A DNA stretch of 63,792 nucleotides, filler included, from Lenisia limosa (taxonomy: Eukaryota; Protista; Breviatea), in the NCBI GenBank assembly GCA_001655205.1. It is 9 parts of 9 records of this genome, joined end to end, with 100 filler letters (N's around TTAATTAATTAA, not from the genome) between each part and the next. Parts side by side here need not be neighbours in the genome. Positions count along the whole stretch, not along the records: positions 44,494 to 57,315 come from LPNZ01011456.1; positions 57,416 to 63,792 come from LPNZ01009689.1; 7 more parts are not named here. One strand, given 5' to 3'. Every line of letters begins with the position of its first letter. Within the stretch, counting starts at the first letter, position 1. The notes under the pieces are model-generated. The model saw only the letters and a list, made by a program, of their open reading frames with translations, did no database searches and was not told the DNA's origin. The translations under genes and the position numbers were made by a program. Positions 52,301-63,792 of the stretch are shown here, in pieces.

Positions 52301-55300
52301 GGGTAGCGTAATAGTGGTTTTGAAAGCACAAACATTATCCAGAAGACCGCATACCTCAAAAAGAGCTTCCTCCGTGCCGGGTCTGATGTTACCCTTGTGA
52401 GGCGCTTCTCAGAGAACGACGTCATTTGCTGGGCTTGTTCGTGGGGGTCTGGGCGGAATATGAATAATGTATATAATTATATAATATATAGATATATATA
52501 CATAGTTATATGTATTATATACAGTATATAATTATATACAATGACCGGGATAAGTCTTGACCGATTTGCTATGTGATTTTCCCCGGTCACTGCAGATATG
52601 TAAGTGCTCTATATATTATATCAAAGCAGAGAAGAAAAGTATCTATAAGAACTATTTTTTTTACAACCCGCCAACAGTCACCATCAACGCGCCATTTCGT
52701 TGTGCGGCTGAAAATGAGCTTTGATAGCTCAGGTCCCATCTGGGTTGGTGAGGCCCCGAAATACCACAGTAGTCCCAAAAAGACCTGTCAAATATCGATA
52801 TTAATCGAGAATATATCGAGAAATTCAGTCTTTTTTGGGACCGTAGGGCAATTATAATATAGTACGGCTATAATCAAATAACAGATGAATGCATACAGTG
52901 AATAGTAAACAGAGTTAGGCCAGAAGAACAGGAATATCCCTTCGATATGTACACTAGCAAGTATTTATCTATTAACTAAAAAAAAACAGTAAGCAATATT
53001 TTATAACACAGTGTGTAAATAATTAGAAATTTAAGCGTCTGAAAAAAGAGTTTTGGTTGCAGGCAGCGAAGGATGGATGTCGCAAGCGCAAGCGCAACAA
53101 GGGGGTTTTCAATCAAACTTATTTTTCTTAATAACTCGATCACTAGAGACTGCTTTTGCCTCATTGACCTCCCCACAGCAGGAATTGTTTGACTGTAATC
53201 CCCTCTCCCCAAAAATAAAGCCATGCTTTCATGACCCTTTACTGTTGGAGGAGGAGGATTATTCACAAGACACAATGCCACCTCCAAACATGCTAGACCA
53301 CGCTTACGGTCAGGCCCCCTTTCACCAGTTCAAAAAAAACTCAAGTACAGGGCCAGCAGTTTGCTGATGGGTTCAGCTTCGTTCTGCAGCAGACAGAAGC
53401 TTGTAATCCAAAGCGGGGATTTAGACCACCTACTTATTCATATGAAAGCTTGGCTTCCTGTGTATTGTAGCATGGGAATGTTAGCTCATTTTTTTTCTTT
53501 ATCAGCATCATTACGTGACAGCTTCTAATCTCTAAGAGAAAAGGTTTGTGGACTCGTACATGATGAGCATTTCCAGAAAATTCTTGTATCCCAGGAAAAC
53601 CAGGTCCTGAAGGAGCGAGTCATTTCGCTGGAAAATGCACTCAGAGCAGCACAAATGCCGGACTTGGACCCGGGAAACCAATGGATGAATTGGAAGCCAT
53701 CAGAAACCTCTACAAGTTGATGTATTGTTGATTTTATCAAATCACAATCCAAGTAATTAGTGCTACATCTACCACGTTGAGCATGTCCCTCACCAAATCT
53801 TTGAAATGCCAGGTGGGATCCCAGTTAATGTTCAATAATTAACTCATTTAGAACCAATTTCCGATGAATCCACTATTCACCATTTGAGTTTGTATCATTA
53901 ATATTTACATTTCTAGTCAACAAACTTGGTGGAACATATTGATGGCGGATTATTCCATCCTAATGGTTGTTGCAGAGTAGAGGACTGCGAGGGAAAGGTC
54001 TCCAAAACAGCTATAAGAGCGGGGGTAATATCTTAGTATTGTCTTTTTACTTATTATTTTAAACAGATTGTTTTGCAGAGAATTCCCTCATATCATGATG
54101 TTGTATGAAGAGATTGACGGAAGTACATTGGCAGCCTCGGAATCCCACAGGTGAATTGGGTAATAAGGCGGTTTTCACTTGTTTCGTCATGGTTCCCAAT
54201 AACAAACTTCATAGATTTGGAGAGGGTGCATTGATATGTCGAAGCCGCGCCTTGGTGGCTCTTCTCGAGGACTCAGTCACCCCGGTGAATGTTCACCAGG
54301 TTTGTTACCATGATAGGACCGAGTGAATGATCTCAAATTTCAGTTGAGGAGGTTATTACCAAAACCCTTGAACCCCAACTAATCGTCGCAGCCCCCAATG
54401 AGTCAACGGGCTACGACGAAGGTAATGCTACGACGAAGGTAAAGCTCCTTTGCCCACTCCTTTAATGTTGCATCTCAGTTTGTACTTGTATTCACTGATT
54501 ACACTCAGACTCCTCTAATTTTCCTATTTATATTTTATCTGAGTCTTGCACTGCTCTTGAAAACGGTTTTTGTTTCCTCTATAACCAAGATTTGAAGTCA
54601 AGTACAAAGACAACGTAAGTCAATTCACTGGTAGATGACCACTTTAGCTAATCAAGGGAAGGATACTTTTCTAGTCAACACACTGTTGACTTGGGATCGG
54701 TGCCAGAAGAGCCTTCCGCACCTGAGAGGCCCTGTTTGACTCCACCACCCAATGGGTTATTACCTTCATCCGAAAATTGATGGTGTATTTCAATAATGCT
54801 TAGTTTGATTTTGCGTTGATTATTTATTGAAGCTCAGGGTGAATTTTCGGTCGGAAGTATTGCTGTGGTGTTTCTCACAAAAGAGAATAGAACATGCGAA
54901 GTAGGTTTACAACGCTTGGGCAGTGCCTTTGTTTTTCGTTTTACAAACAAATAGAAAGAAGGAGTAATAAATAAGCATGTGAAATAACAACAAAGGTTGC
55001 ATTGGCAGACATCAACTAGCTGAATTATTGAAAAGAGAAAAAAAAAAAGGGGGGGGGGGGNNNNNNNNNNNNNNNNNNNNNNNNNNNNNNNNNNNNNNNN
55101 NNNNNNNNNNNNNNNNNNNNNNNNNNNNNNNNNNNAAAAAATCAATTTTCCAGAGTAGGAGGATGTACAGCAAGACCAAACCTGGTGCGAGCCTCGCATA
55201 GAGATGTCTTCTTCTTCTTCGACAGCCAAGGACTCATGAATAAAAGGAACATAACGCTCGAAAGGAGGGGGGTAATGTAGAGGTTCAATTTGGCTTCCAA

Positions 55301-57209
55301 AAGACTGAGAAAATATTGATGACCGAGGATGAGAATTCAGTCTTTTTTTGGAACCGAAAATGAGGCTTTAATATAGTAAAATACGAACTTTCACCAATTA
55401 CAAAAGATAACCTACTGATTCTGAAGTACTGGGTTTGGCCACGGAGGCTGCAAATGTCAAGATCAGGGAAATGAAAATCGGAAGTATGTATCCCTGATAG
55501 TTTTGATATAATACAATATACTACATGCACATATGTAAATTTTCCAAGCCAATACATATAATACCAATAAAACTTATGATATAATATTACTAATACATAT
55601 GATATTATTCTATAAAAAATAATATTCTGCATTAAGAACCACACCAACCAAAGGATCCAGAACCGGCAAAGGCACTAAGCACTCCGCTTCGCATGGACTT
55701 GTTCCTCTTGTATTCTGTGTTGATGAGAAACATAGCATATCGAAATCAGATAGTTGGCCATAATGAGAATTACAAGCGTGGGTGTGATAGATTGGGGGGG
55801 ATTGATGGTTTTGGTGGAAATATGAGGGCCATACCTAGGGCTTCACTTCGGTTTGAAAAAGCCCGTTAAAATATCGATAGTTTTCGAGAATTATCGGAAA
55901 ATTCAGTCTTTTTTTGAAATGAAGTGAAGCCAGTCACACCAGCAGGGGGCGCTGCAGCAGCTTTTGGAGTCACTTCGGGGGTAATGGAGAAGTCGGAAAC
56001 AGAGTCCATAGACTCCAGGGCACATGGGGAGCTTGGGGTGTCGGATTGGGGGAGGGGGAGGCATGAAGGTCCCTGGTGGAGAGGGGGGGTAAAAAAAAAA
56101 CAACAAAAACAAAAAATGCCTCTGTTGAGAGGGGTTCTAGAAGTAAAATCATTGCTCCATACAGCCAGATAAAACAGCACCCCAACCTTCAGAATGATTT
56201 TGTGGAGTAAGTCTCTGAGAGGAGGGAGACGGGAGAGAGGGTCGGACGGAGGAGGGACGAGCTTCTGCTTCGTCATTTTGTGATATCGTTCCAATATGAT
56301 ATAATAGACACAATATGAGATCGTTCCAATAGAGACAGAATATGCTCAATGAAAATTATGCGGCTGGTGGCGGCGGTATTGGCTCAGAAGGACAAAAACA
56401 TGATATTCTTAATAAATAATGTTGTTGTTTTGCCATTATGTCAGATTGCATGTGAAGAACAGATCCTTGCTAAAAACGAGCTATCCAATAATCATATGAT
56501 TCATCTGATTTATAATATTATTATAACGTCTCTCCCACCGATCCAAGAATGGCAGTCATCATTCGCGCCGCTTCAATCTAAATATGGTAAGTAATAATGT
56601 GTACAATGAATTAGTTTAACTTCGATAAAGATATCAAAATAAGTAAGTGCAATCACATTTTGAGGAAAAATTTTCCATTGACAAGCTATCGATATATTCA
56701 TGGCCTATTTTGAACCGAAGTGAATCCCTATCTGTAACACACAAACAGAGTGAACAGCCATAGTTCCCACCTGCTGCGGACGACTGAGATGGAGTTCCAA
56801 TGAGAGGATTACGGGGAAAGGGGAAGCCAAGAAAGCGGTGTCGTTAATGACTAATGGGTTAGGGGGAAGGAGGATGAGGGGGGGATAGATAACTGGAGAT
56901 GATGAAGAGGAGTTCAAAAACAACCATTTAGCTTGAGCTTGTTTTTAAATGGGGTGCGGGGTGGGGAGTCTGGTATGCAAAACTTGCTCAATTATGATAA
57001 AAATGATTTTATTTTCCTTTTAGCTACTCGAAAATCACCTCATTTTCCCATTTTAGGGTACGACAGATGTACAATCCCACCATGAAGCACATCTTCCAGG
57101 AGGATTTTGGAAGTGAGTGTGTGGCCGTGTGTGATAATCGGCTGGTTGTTGTTGCCGTCCCAACAGTCTAATTCAATACAGCGACATCCGCTGCAGAGTA
57201 TCGCCTCGT
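49336..57209 (-). CDS. PLC: Phosphoinositide-specific phospholipase C (X box, linker, Y box, C2); 5' truncated
   Basis: X box: [46 protein letters not shown] box: [41 protein letters not shown]2-like: TPISALTSG. Confidence 0.88.
51280..51378. mobile_element. MITE family A copy
   Basis: Diverged TIRs; flanks CCCGTCAT/ACCATCAT (6/8). Confidence 0.75.
51715..51915. repeat. Degenerate intronic repeat cluster
   Basis: About five copies of GAGACTTTACTCTTTTTG and three of TTTCAACAGA. Confidence 0.6.
53067..54780 (+). CDS. Spliced gene antisense to, and lying between, PLC X and Y boxes; weak zf-PARP-like Cys motif
   Basis: Consistent plus-strand GT-AG chain (e.g. ttttgcag/gtgaat, ttcag/gtaatg, ccaag/gtaagt, ttctag) gives an open frame including [18 protein letters not shown] and ending SEN* at 54780. 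It could be two genes (alternative frame [17 protein letters not shown] ends at 53720). Confidence 0.6.
55836..55932. mobile_element. MITE family A copy
   Basis: TAGGGCTTCACTTCGG...GAAGTGAAGCCA; flanks GCCATACC/GTCACACC (6/8). Confidence 0.8.
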
Positions 57210-57315
57210 CTGGGGGGGGGGGTAAAATTTGAACATTTATGAAACAAAAAAGCACAAAATCAACTCTGTTGGTTGACAACACACAAGGGTTGATACCAAC
57301 AAAACAAACAAAGCC
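57210..57315 (-). repeat. Family D copy forming the acceptor of a PLC X-box exon
   Basis: On the minus strand the element ends ...AAATTTTA-poly(C)-AG directly before the exon [11 protein letters not shown]. Confidence 0.8.
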
Positions 57316-57415
57316 NNNNNNNNNNNNNNNNNNNNNNNNNNNNNNNNNNNNNNNNNNNNTTAATTAATTAANNNNNNNNNNNNNNNNNNNNNNNNNNNNN
57401 NNNNNNNNNNNNNNN

Positions 57416-60400
57416 TCCCTCCCCACCTTAGCAAGAAGAGTTTTCCCTCCCCACCTTAGCAAGAAGAGTTTTCCCAGTACCAGGGGGGCCAAATAGCAAG
57501 ACGCCTACATCATTAGTGACCTCAAATTGGGAGAGAAATGGCAAAATGTTGGTAGTAAATAAATTCATTTTTTAAATGACTTTACCCCCCCTCCCTCCCC
57601 GACCTGAACGTGCAGCATTTGCATCAAACAAATCGGCATATTTGAGGGGCATTTCAATGGCTTCGAGAAGAACGCTGCGCTGCNNNNNNNNNNNNNNNNN
57701 NNNNNNNNNNNNNNNNNNNNNNNNNNNNNNNNNNNNNNNNNNNNNNNNNNNNNNNNNNNNNNNNNNNNNNNNNNNNNNNNNNNNNNNNNNNNNACCAATA
57801 TCAGACCATTTGACATCTGGAATCTGGAGGCGGTGAACTTGTAACTCCAGAGTATCAATAGAGTACTATTATGCCACATTCCCTTTACTTTCGGTGCTCC
57901 TGCTGAAACCGCCATTGTGCTTCGAACCTGAATACTCATTAGAAGCAAAAGGATATTTCAGCATTTTTAAACACTCCTTCCTCTCCCATTTCATCGCATT
58001 CAGACATTCGCACCTCTTGAACCGCTTTTTCAAAGGCTGATGTGGAGGGCTTGACAAGAGTGGACAGCATTGTGTCTATTAACTNNNNNNNNNNNNNNNN
58101 NNNNNNNNNNNNNNNNNNNNNNNNNNNNNNNNNNNNNNNNNNNNNNNNNNNNNNNNNNNNNNNNNNNNNNNNNNNNNNNNNNNNNNNNNNNNNNNNNNNN
58201 NNNNNNNNNNNNNNNNNNNNNAGTTACCTCAGGGTCGCGAGCGTCAGAGCAAATGGCGCGCTCGACAGAGTGCTGAACAACTCCAGAGGTGAACCTCCTA
58301 AGATCGGCATCCTGGAAGCCAGAAAGCGCAACCTGAACATCGTCATTATTGGCTAAAGAAGAATAAATATGTACATGTATGAACGTATACCAGTTATAAT
58401 AGTTATATCACACTATGGGGACATAACATCATCAGTAAAAATAATATAATTCATCCGAGCGTATATCATATCATAGTATTATGCATGACATAATCATATT
58501 AGCTGGCCCATTGCACCATTCTTGAAGACGCAGAGAGAGTCGCAGCAGAGGGTTCAAGCCCCAACGAGGTCAGTGTCGCGGACTTTTCAATATCAGTGGG
58601 GGACTGGGGAGGTTTAAATTCGTACCGGGGGGGGGGGGTNNNNNNNNNNNNNNNNNNNNNNNNNNNNNNNNNNNNNNNNNNNNNNNNNNNNNNNNNNNNN
58701 NNNNNNNNNNNNNNNNNNNNNNTGGAGAGTAAACTGGATTGTTAGTTTGAAAGTTTTCTTTTGAAATCTCTTAATACAAGAACATTAGTTCAAGCTATAA
58801 AAGCGTCCAAAAAAAACAACCCCCGAAAAACAAAAGTAATGCCTCAAATTTCTTTCTGTGTGCTGTCAGAATTGATTTTCTTGAAAGATAAATTCATTTG
58901 AAAAGAAAAAAGAGAAAAAAAAATGTACATTGAACATCGAGAAATAAGAAAGGACGAAAATATCCAAATCCATCCAATCCTGGCTTTCTCTGAAAACTGA
59001 AGGTCATGTCTCGAGAATTTTTGAGAGTAAAACTTTCAAGCTATATTGATTTGATCTTAAACACAAAAATGTCCACCCACCTTGCAGGAACAGATACCAA
59101 TGATTCAGCAGAAGCTACGACCAAGACGGGGTATACTGGGAGTGATATAGAGTACCTTATTACTTTACATAACAGCAACAAAGAGCAGTTATGGAAAGGG
59201 AAAATACCAAGTTGGTAAGTTTTTCTGAATATGAAATATTAACAACAAAAACGCCAAAAAATCAATTATATTGGTATATATTGGTATATTGGTAAGGTTG
59301 CAAGGCCATATACCATCAGAGAGTTCTGACGAGTGAATTGAGAGGTCTTGAGTCTGAGTGCGAAGGCAAAGAGGGAGGAGTGAGCTTATAGTTCGGACCT
59401 ATGATGGTTAAATACGCTGAAATAAGGAAAAACTATGAGCTTCATTGAAGAGAAAAATCCAGAAAAATCCAGATTGCAACACACCCAAGCCTCAAGATGG
59501 TCACCATCAAGACTGTCGATATCCGCCAAGTGTAGAACAAGAGGAGAGCTAGCGGAGGCTAAAAGGAAGCATTCTCGCAAGGCGTCGCTGGAGAGGTGAG
59601 AAATGGCAATATTAACTATCAACCATAAAAGTACCTAATCCGCCTACAGCTTAGTGCCTAAACCAAGACAGTTAACTTCGTCATAATGCACTCCTCGAGA
59701 TGCACAGTAGTCCTCTAGAGTGATCCTTGAAATGTAAGGGAGAGGCAAAATGTAAATCGAGGATTTAAGAGTTCAGGGTTGACAAATCCAAAAATGGTTC
59801 TGCATGGAATGACCAGCTTAATTCTACCGGCCTCTATCACCCCCCCCCCCCACGACAAAGTCTGCATATCAGCCCCAGTGAGCAAGTAGCACTGTGGCCG
59901 CTGATGGACATACAGGAATCCAGGATCTAAGAATCTGGCAACTGTCCGCACTCGGGCAGACTCCTTCTCACCGTCTGCATTGTCAAAACAGTTATGATGC
60001 TATCCACAAACTTGGGGGTACATGACTTCTGCATCCTGTAGCCATTTTAAGTTTGGTCGAAGATGTCATTTGTAAACCTGGGGGNNNNNNNNNNNNNNNN
60101 NNNNNNNNNNNNNNNNNNNNNNNNNNNNNNNNNNNNNNNNNNNNNNNNNNNNNNNNNNNNNNNNNNNNNNNNNNNNNNNNNNNNNNNNNNNNNNNNTGGA
60201 ACCGGGGATATTGCCAATATTTTTTGGGGATCTGGGGATCTGTCAGAGTTCTGCACAGATCTGTCTCCTCTTGAGCCAAAAAAAAAAACTTTTAAAGAAA
60301 CTCTTGTTTTTGTTACTTTTGGAGGGTGTAGACACTCCATATCAGAGATCTGTCGCTGGTCTGGAGATATTTATAATCCCCAGAGCTGTGGCCTTTCCCC

Positions 60401-63400
60401 CCCCCCCCCCNNNNNNNNNNNNNNNNNNNNNNNNNNNNNNNNNNNNNNNNNNNNNNNNNNNNNNNNNNNNNNNNNNNNNNNNNNNNNNNNNNNNNNNNNN
60501 NNNNNNNNNTGACGCTTTTGGCCCTGACTCTATTAAGGAACCCAATCCATCGTCCTCGTCAGAGTCCTGTATTGTAAGTTAGCTTCTTCAGCAAGACACT
60601 TCGCAACTCACAGCAACATGACAGAATATTAACAACACCTCCACCCAGCACACCCAAAAAACCCAGGTTTGCAAAAACAACAGCAATGAAAACACTTCAA
60701 ATTGCCAAAGAAACCTGGAAATAATGATTCCCTCACCTCATCCTTGAGATCCATCCTCATTTGGCGATAAAGTAGTTCTGATTGGGAAACTAAATACATT
60801 AATACGACCATAGCTGCTTGACGTAGATCCTTATCTTGCTACAAATAATAGACACAAGGGTAACAGCAAGAACTAGTACCCCCCACCTTCTGTTGTTACA
60901 GCAAGCAAATCGCCTTGTTTTACCTGAAATAAAGTGAACAACAATAGAATTATCAGCAAGCTTGTTGAAATGTGAAACATACATATAAATACTATCAGTG
61001 TTACTGTGCCTTAAAATACTGGTTTCTCAAGGATTCCTACATTTTGAACGTTTTTGAGGCAGATTTTTGCGAGAGTTTTATCACAGATATCGCTGATGAT
61101 TGGGCTGAAGGCCTGGCCTCTCACCGGTGCCAGTACCTGGATGGTAAGAGCCTAATCCTGTCTGTCAGAAATGAGAAAGAAAGCATGTGTGAAAAAAGAG
61201 GCGTTATTACGGTGGAAATGAGAATAAATAAAAACTAATAAACTACCAAGACCTACCAGCTCTCCTGCAGCCTTCGGCTCTTCCGACCTGAAACATGAAG
61301 AATAAAGAGAAGGGGGAAATCAAAGAAAAACACACTGCCTTTTATTCCATTACCCCCCTCCCCTCAAAGCTTGATGGCATATACATATATTTACGACATG
61401 GATACTTCACCACGCCCCCATACTTGGAGGCAGTAACAAGATCCTCGTCATTTATGCCTAAATTCTGCAGGACAACTGGAGAGTAAGAGTTGGCACGAGG
61501 AACGGAATAGGCTACAATAAGCGCACCTGGATGAAGGAGCATCACTGGGAAGCGGCTTGGCTCTTCTGTTTCAACAGGTCCTCGCTTCCACCCTTTCCAT
61601 CCTGAGTTCTAGACTATGAGCAAAACATAACCGTTGTAAGTTTAAAGCAAACGGTCAGCAACTACAGTTAACAATCTCAAGCCTGAATCAAAACGCTCCC
61701 TCCTTCCGCTCCAATTAGTGTGTAATATGATGTTTCGATAAACAAAGCCAGCCAAGCGTACCCTTCTTTTGCGAGCAGCAGATGCAGATGGCGTCACCGC
61801 GCACGCCTTGACGACAACCGAGCCATTTGGACCTGTCAGTTTGACCCAGTCTGCGTGTCGCACCGCGAGGGTTGCTAAGCCCAGGACGGAAACGCCGCAG
61901 TAGGCTGAGGTGAGGTAGGCTGCATGCTGTAAGAAGCAAACATTTCTGTAGGTGCCAATGGAAATGCAAACCAAAAGATAAATTCAGTGGTTTAACAAAG
62001 TCCAGGTCAGCAGACTATGTAGCACCTCGATCAATGCTCAACAGCATGTCCACCCCAACCAGGAATCTTGGAATCAACAGCATGGCTCAAGAAGTCACGT
62101 GACTGGTTACATGAGAATTTGACTTTGCTACACACTGGGGGGGGGGGGGNNNNNNNNNNNNNNNNNNNNNNNNNNNNNNNNNNNNNNNNNNNNNNNNNNN
62201 NNNNNNNNNNNNNNNNNNNNNNNNNNNNNNNNNNNNNNNNNNNNNNNNNNNNNNNNNNNNNNNNNNNNNNNNNNNNNNNNNNNNNNNNNNNNNNNNNNNN
62301 NNNCATATTCTCTGTAAATAGCGAATAAAAGAGAAAACCCAACATTGTGAGGTTCACTTAGCAGACCATTGGAAAACAGGGAGGGCAGAAGAAGACCTTT
62401 GGCACCAAGCGGTCTGATTGGACATAAGGCTGCGACATCGTCTATTGTGTTATCCTTCGATAAAAAGATTCGAAAATTACATCCTTCCCATTTCGCACCC
62501 TTGGCTAATTCCTCCGAAATAACGCAATCATCATCGCCAGTTGGTTCGATGACAATGACCTCGGTTTGCGGAGTCAGGAGCCCTGTAGTTACTGGTTCCA
62601 GTTCAACGACAACCGTACCAGGGTTTAAGGCAATCTAGCCTCGGTTACAATAAAATGAGGAGACTGTCTCGAAAGCACAAAAAGGGGCTTAAGAAACAAC
62701 CCAACGAGACTGGACCAACCTCATGAGAAACAGTACAGCATATTGCTTCTTTGGGTCGAATAAACTCAGACGCCTTTCTGAAATTGTCATTCCTCTATCA
62801 TAATATGGCACAAAGGGGAACACTACAAATGGTTTGGGCAATTATCTCGATTGAAAACATTATTAAAGCAGGGTGTCAATCAAGAAAATTGTCAACGGAT
62901 ATGAACAAAAAATTTTCGTGACGTCAACTTTTAACAACTTTTAACGACTTTTAATAAGATTTTAACGAAGATTTTTATCAGTAATCACAAGATTTGCTCT
63001 CTTCCAAAACAACTGCTTTTATTACAGTAAATAAAAATCACGAAGGTTACGCTCGGTTTTGGCTCTATTTGTGGTTTATCCGAGCCAGTTTCTGGGTAAC
63101 CATGATACATTTTACCCCCATACGAGCGCTTCACTATGGCTCTTTCGAGAACAGGCACCTCACAAGCCCTCAGAGGCAACAGAGTAACGCAACCTTTGAG
63201 GGGTCAAAAGGTGAAAAGAATCATCAAAGTATAATAATCAAACATCGGTGGACTGTACGATCAAACAGCATTCCCGGTTGTTTTGCACAATAACCTCCTG
63301 ACTATGACCAACAATTATCTTTATAATTCTCACATTTGGCCCCACAAGGCACAATACTCAGTAAGTCATGCAAAATGGTGAATAAGGAGAAAGAGTCAAC

Positions 63401-63443
63401 AAATACCTTTGACATGCGGGAAGATTGCTATTGTACCATTTGC
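57416..63443 (-). CDS. PEX6: Peroxisomal AAA ATPase PEX6; 3' truncated just after D2 Walker A; 5' extent uncertain
   Basis: AGAPK|IPDVKWSDIG, LLEAIEMPLKYADLF, GVLLFGPPGTGKTLLAK; degenerate D1 (LVLHLADIDSL, PVLVVAS, SGFQDADLRR). Confidence 0.82.
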
Positions 63444-63792
63444 CTGGGGGGGGGGGGAGGTAAAAATGGAAAGTTTATGAAACAATAATGACACNNNNNN
63501 NNNNNNNNNNNNNNNNNNNNNNNNNNNNNNNNNNNNNNNNNNNNNNNNNNNNNNNNNNNNNNNNGACCAACAAGCTCAGAACAATATGTGTGTATATTAT
63601 CAATATCATATCATTCCGTCAAATTGCTGTACATACCTGGTCTGAGGAAGAACAAATACGAGCGAAAAAGCTCCCATTATTACATGTCACAAGAGCGTAA
63701 TCTGAAAGTGTAAAGTAGGGTGAGGAGTGGGGATAATACACTTAAACATCACTTTCACCACTGCCAATAATACACTTAAACATCACTTTCAC

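Noticed and set aside
54830-57209. PLC lacking a Y box (X-only enzyme)
   Set aside because: Y-box and C2 exons were found further along at 52742-49336 on the same strand.
1-63792. tRNA, rRNA, snRNA genes, transposase/RT ORFs, bacterial operons
   Set aside because: None was recognisable by eye. Most ORF-track entries are exon fragments, antisense shadows or N-spanning artefacts. tRNAscan-SE/Infernal was not run.

Overview
Eukaryotic, intron-dense protist-type genomic DNA. Introns are GT-AG, mostly 35-400 nt, with CTAAC/CTGAC-like branch sites close to the AG. The window is nine contigs joined by eight 100-bp N-TTAATTAATTAA-N spacers, plus about 28 ordinary N gaps. Manual exon parsing gives a Cid1/TUT-type nucleotidyltransferase, a PKD2-like channel, DNAAF1/ODA7, a CCAR1/DBC1-family gene, NDUFV2/NuoE, a class I cyclic-nucleotide PDE, a large WD40 gene, a UBR-type E3 ligase C-terminus, a PI-PLC (X, Y, C2), PEX6 and several unidentified spliced genes. 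This gene set implies a flagellated organism with a mitochondrion-derived organelle and peroxisomes. The most unusual signals are non-coding or architectural: (1) a dispersed hairpin-containing element that always lies in sense orientation in introns and ends in the poly-C/AG acceptor; (2) G-runs after donors and C-runs before acceptors; (3) short tandem duplications centred on splice sites; (4) an antisense gene between the PLC X and Y boxes (nested gene or split PLC); (5) at least three MITE families, one with a clean 8-bp hAT-type TSD. All gene calls come from motif recognition by eye without database searches, so exon boundaries are approximate.
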